This document shows, piece after piece, positions 59,649 to 64,000 of a stretch of 64,000 nt of DNA. The DNA lies in the NCBI RefSeq assembly GCF_009914755.1, contig NC_060937.1; one strand, written 5' to 3'. Source of the stretch: the human T2T-CHM13v2.0 reference genome, Homo sapiens. The notes under the pieces were generated by a model. The model saw nothing but the letters and a program-made list of their open reading frames with translations, had not been told where the DNA came from and did not search any database. Made by a program: the position numbers and the translations under genes. How positions within the stretch are numbered: the stretch's first letter is position 1; every line of letters begins with the position of its first letter.

Positions 59649-60080
59649 CTACCATTTGTTCATTCATTCCACAATTTATTGATATCTATATAAACTCATG
59701 AGTGTTTATTTTATACCCTGGGTTATAGTTTAATACTGCTTTATTTTGTTGCTCAAATTCCTTTGAATTGGGAAATTTTTCAGTGGGCTCCTATGTCCCT
59801 TTGACATGCACCCATAAATGGAGAGATAGTGGGCTTTTCTGCTGCTGTTGTTGTTGCTGTTTTTATTTATTCATTTATTTTCCTTTTTTTTAAGCACTGC
59901 CTTTCTTCCTGGCATTATAAGATGCTCCAAGAGTATCTTGTATCATTCCTGCTTCAGTTCTAGAATGAATTATTTCTCTAAAGAACTCAGGATCCTTCTA
60001 TTGGAGAATAGTATTGGAGATCAAGAATTGGGTGCTAGGTATGCTTTTTGCTACTCAGGTAACACTTCTTCTATGCGTTC

Positions 60081-60490
60081 TGTATTCGTCCATACTCGCA
60101 CTGCTATAACGAATTACCTGAGACTGGGTAATTTATAAAGAAAAGATGTTTAATTCACTCACAGTTCCACAGGCTGTAAAGGAAGCATAATGGTTACTGT
60201 GGAGGCCTCAGGAAACTTTCAATGAAAGCAGAATGTGAAGGGGAAGCAGGCACATCTTACATGGCTGGAGCAGGAGGAAGAGAGAACAAGAGAGGAGGTG
60301 CTACACACTTTTAAACAGCCAGATCTTGTGAGAACTCACTCACTATATTGTACTAAGGGGGACGGTGTTAAACCATTCATGAGAACTCCACCCTTATAAT
60401 TCAATCACCTCCCACTAGGCCCTACCTTCAACACTGGGGAGTAGAATTCAACATGAGATTTGGATGGGGACAGAGATTCAAACCATATCA
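60081..60490 (-). mobile_element. MaLR solo LTR (MSTA-like)
   Basis: tgtattcgtcc ... ggtgttaaaccattcatgagaa ... aaaccatatca; TSD cgttc / ctttc. Confidence 0.92.
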
Positions 60491-62120
60491 CTTTCCTAAC
60501 TTACAGAACAACTAATCCATGTGTATATACATATATGTGTAAATATTTCCATAGTATGTACCCCCTGTAGGTATATTGACTTAAACATGAGTTTTTAGAA
60601 TATCTCCAACTCTAATATATTACCGTTTAGATAATTTGAGCATTTTCTCCTTGCCGTACTCCAGAATTGCCACTACAAGACTAACAAACCTGGATCCCAC
60701 TATTCACAATCCATTTACCTAAATCTTTAATTTCTTTCATTAGAGCTTTGAAGTTTTCTATATATAGAACCTCTGCATATTTTGTTAAATTTATTCCTAT
60801 GTATTGATTTCATTTTGGGCTACTATTGTTAATGTTCTTAATTTCAAATGTTCTTAATTTCAAGTTATCATTCATTGCTGCTCTATATGAAAGCAATTAA
60901 CTTATACATATTACCCTTGTATCATGTGACCTTGCTATGATCCCTTATTAGTACCAAGAGAATTTTTATTGATTCTTTGGTATTTACTACATAGACAATC
61001 ATGTCATTTATGAACAAAGATTTATTTCTTCATTCCCAAGCTGTATACATTTTATTTTCTTGTTTTGTTTTACCGCATTAACTAAAGCTTTCTGTATGTT
61101 GTCGAATGGGAGTTATGAAAGGGGACATTCCTGACTTGTTCCTAATCTTAGGAGGAAATTATCTTGTTTTATACCATTAAGAATGAAGATGATAACTACC
61201 GATTTTTTGCAAATGTTCTTTATCAAGTTGAAGTTCCCCTGTATTTTGTTTGCTGAGATTTAAAAAAATTATTAATGAGAGTTGGATTATGTTGAATGTT
61301 TTTGCTACATCTATTGATATGATCATATGATTTTTGTTCTTTAGTCTATTGATGTGGAGGATTAAATTAACTGAATTTCTGGTGTTGAATTGCTTTTCAT
61401 ACCTGGAATAAATACCATTTTGCTGTAGTATATAATTCTTTTTGTACAGTGTTGGATTAAATTAGCTAATGTATTGTCAAGGGTTTTGCATCTATCGTTT
61501 GAGATATTGGTCTGTGGTTTTCATTTCTTGTAGTATTTTGTGTGTGTGTGTGTTTCAATAAGGGTAATGCTAGCTTCAAAAAATGAATTAGTAAGTATTC
61601 CCTCTTCTTTAGTTTTGTGGAGGAAATTGTAAATAATTGTTATCATTTCTTCCTAAAATGCTTGATAGAATTTACCAATGAAATAATCTGAGCCTTCTGT
61701 TTCATTTTTAGAAGATTAATAGTTACTAATTAAATTTTAATTTATTTAACTGATATAGGCCTGTTTGTATAATTTATTTCTGTTTTTGTCAATTTTGGTA
61801 GTTTGTCTTTCAAGGAATTGGTCTATTACAAATTAATTATCAAATATGGAGGCATAAAGTTATTTCTTTATTTTCCTTTACTGTTCCTGGAATCAGCATT
61901 GATGACCACTTTTTCATTTTTAATATTAGTAATATGTATGTTCTCTATTTTTTTGTTAGCCTAGCTAGAGACTTTTCAATTTTATTAATCATTTCAAAGA
62001 ACTGGTTTTTTGTTTCATTGCTATTATCCCTTGTTCTTCACGTTTTCAATTTTATTGATTTCTTCTCTAATTTATTTTTCTGTTTACTGTAGACTTAAAT
62101 TGTTCTTTCCTCTCTAGTTT

Positions 62121-62421
62121 ACTTTGTTTATTTATTTATTTTGAGACAAGCTCTCACTCTGTCATCCAGGCTAGAGTGTAGTGGTGCAAACAGGCCTCAC
62201 TGTAGCCTCCACTTCCTGGGCTGAAAGGATCCTCCTAACTCAGTCCCCCACAGTAGCTGGGATTATAAGCATGTGCCACCACACCTGCCTAATTTTTTTC
62301 TTTCATAGATAGTGTCTTATTATGTTACCCAGGCTGGTCTCAAACTCCTGGGCTCAAGTGATCTTACTGCCTCAGCCTCCCAAATTGCTACTATTACAGG
62401 TGCGAGCAACTGTACCTGGCC
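62121..62421 (-). mobile_element. AluJ
   Basis: (TTTA)n tail, cactgtagcctccacttcctgggct, ctcctgggctcaagtgatc. Confidence 0.9.
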
Positions 62422-62581
62422 CACTATGTATAAGTTTAGATTAATTATTTTATACCTTTCTTCTTTTCTAATACATGCATATAATGCTATACATTTTCTT
62501 CTCATCACTGTTTTCTTTATATTTCACACATTTTTAAAAGTTGTATTTTCACCTACTAAAAAATATTTTTAGTGTCTCTAG

Positions 62582-64000
62582 TTTTTATTGATATAAATAT
62601 TGATATACATATTTATGGGCTTCATGTGAAATTCTGTTATGTGCATAGAATGTGTAATGATCAAGTCAGGGTACTCAGGGATCTATCACCTGAGTATTTA
62701 TAATTTCTATGTGTTGAGTACATTTCAGGTCCCCTCCTCTAGCTATTTTGAAAAAAAAAAAAAGCAATACATTGTTGGTAACTATAGTCACCTGACTCTG
62801 CTATGAAACATTCGAATTTATTCTTTCTACCTATCTATATGTTTGTACCCATTAAGCATCCTGTCTTCATCTTCGCTACACCCAGTATACACCCTTCCCA
62901 TTTCTGGTATCATTCATTTCACACTCTACCTCAATGTGGTCAACTTTTCGAACTCCCACATATAAATGAGAACATGCAATATTTGTCTTTCTGTGCCTCG
63001 GTTATTTCACTTAATAACTCCGGTTCCATTCATACTACTGCAAACGACATGATTTCATAAGTTTTTGTGGTTGAATAATATTTTACTATATATATGTACC
63101 ACATTTTCTTTATCCATTTGTCTGTTGATAGACACAAGTTAGTTCCTTATCTTTGCTACTGTTAATAATGCTGCAATAAGCATGGGAGTGCATGTTTCCC
63201 TTTCATATATTGATTTCTTTTCCTTCGGATAAATACCCAGTAGTTGGATTGCTGGATTTAAAAAAAAATTCTGTTTCATTTAGCTCTGTTTTATCCTTAT
63301 TACTTATCTTTTGCTATTTTTTCTCTTGCTTTTATACTCCTTTGATGAGTATCATTGGATTGTTTCTTTGAAAATTTCCTACTTCTTAATGAAGGTGTTT
63401 ATTGCTATAAAGTTTCCTCTTAGCACTGCTTTTGCTGTATGCCACAGGTTTTGGTATATTGTGTTTCCATTTTCAATTTTTCCAAAAATATTTTTGATTT
63501 CCATCTTCATTTCTTCACTGATCCGGTGGTCATTCAGGAGCATGTTTTTGTTCCATGTATTTGTATGATTTATGAAGTTACCGTTGGTATTGATTTCTAG
63601 TTTTATTCCATTGTGGTCTGAGAAGATAGTTGATGTAATTTTAATTTTTGTTAATTTGCTGGGACTTGTTTTATGTCTAACATATGCTCTATCCTTGAGG
63701 ATGTTCTGTGTGCTGATGAGAAAAATGTGTACTTTGCATTTGTTGACAAAATGTTTTTTAAATGTTTATTAGGTCCATTTCATCTAAAGTTTAGTTTAAA
63801 TTCAGTGTTCCTTTGTTGATTTTCCATCTAGATGTTCTGTCTAATGTTGAGAGTGGGATGTTGAAATCCCCAACTATTGTCGTATTGCAGTTTATTACTC
63901 TTTTTAGATATGGTGCAATTTGCTTTATGAATCTGGGTACTCCAGTGTTGGGTGCATGTATACTTAGAATAGTTATATCCCCTTGCTGGATTGATCGTGT
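62582..64000 (-). mobile_element. L1MA 3' end (62582-63260) followed by more upstream L1 ORF2 sequence to the window end
   Basis: agaatgtgtaatgatcaagtcagggta; aaatacccagtagttggattgctgg; ttctagttttattccattgtggtctgagaagata. Confidence 0.85.

Larger units (their letters stand above)
58230..62575 (-). mobile_element. Old L1MC/MD 3' end and ORF2, host to nested insertions
   Basis: ttttagatttaagaaaaattgag..agttcccata; tgtcacaattaatgagccaatattgat; ORF2 antisense tagacaatcatgtcatttatgaacaaaga, ggggacattcctgacttgttcctaatcttag. Confidence 0.8.

Overview
AT-rich, repeat-dense primate (human/great-ape-like) genomic DNA that reads as intergenic or deep-intronic. I find no intact protein-coding gene, RNA gene, CRISPR array or new multi-gene system, and I cannot place the locus on a chromosome from sequence alone. 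Recognisable content: (1) a degraded processed pseudogene of ARF4 (~14021-15975), inserted in an old L1 and carrying an Alu in its 3'UTR; (2) a rearranged HERV9/LTR12F provirus (22385-24175) whose LTR promoter is fused directly to 3' pol and whose 3' half is missing; (3) a young 5'-truncated L1PA2-type element (42521-44369) with a 499-codon open ORF2 C-terminus; (4) about a dozen Alus, solo LTRs (MER34-family, MSTA x2, THE1D), DNA-transposon fossils (MER1B, MER44, MER63 x2, MER5A), MIR/L2 and old L1M pieces. The most interesting signals are small mutational or structural fossils (a double template-switch quasi-palindrome, orphan rearrangement junctions, ancestral-state ARF4 residues) and a few strong TF motifs in unique sequence. 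Subfamily names come from recalled consensus sequences and need RepeatMasker/Dfam confirmation.
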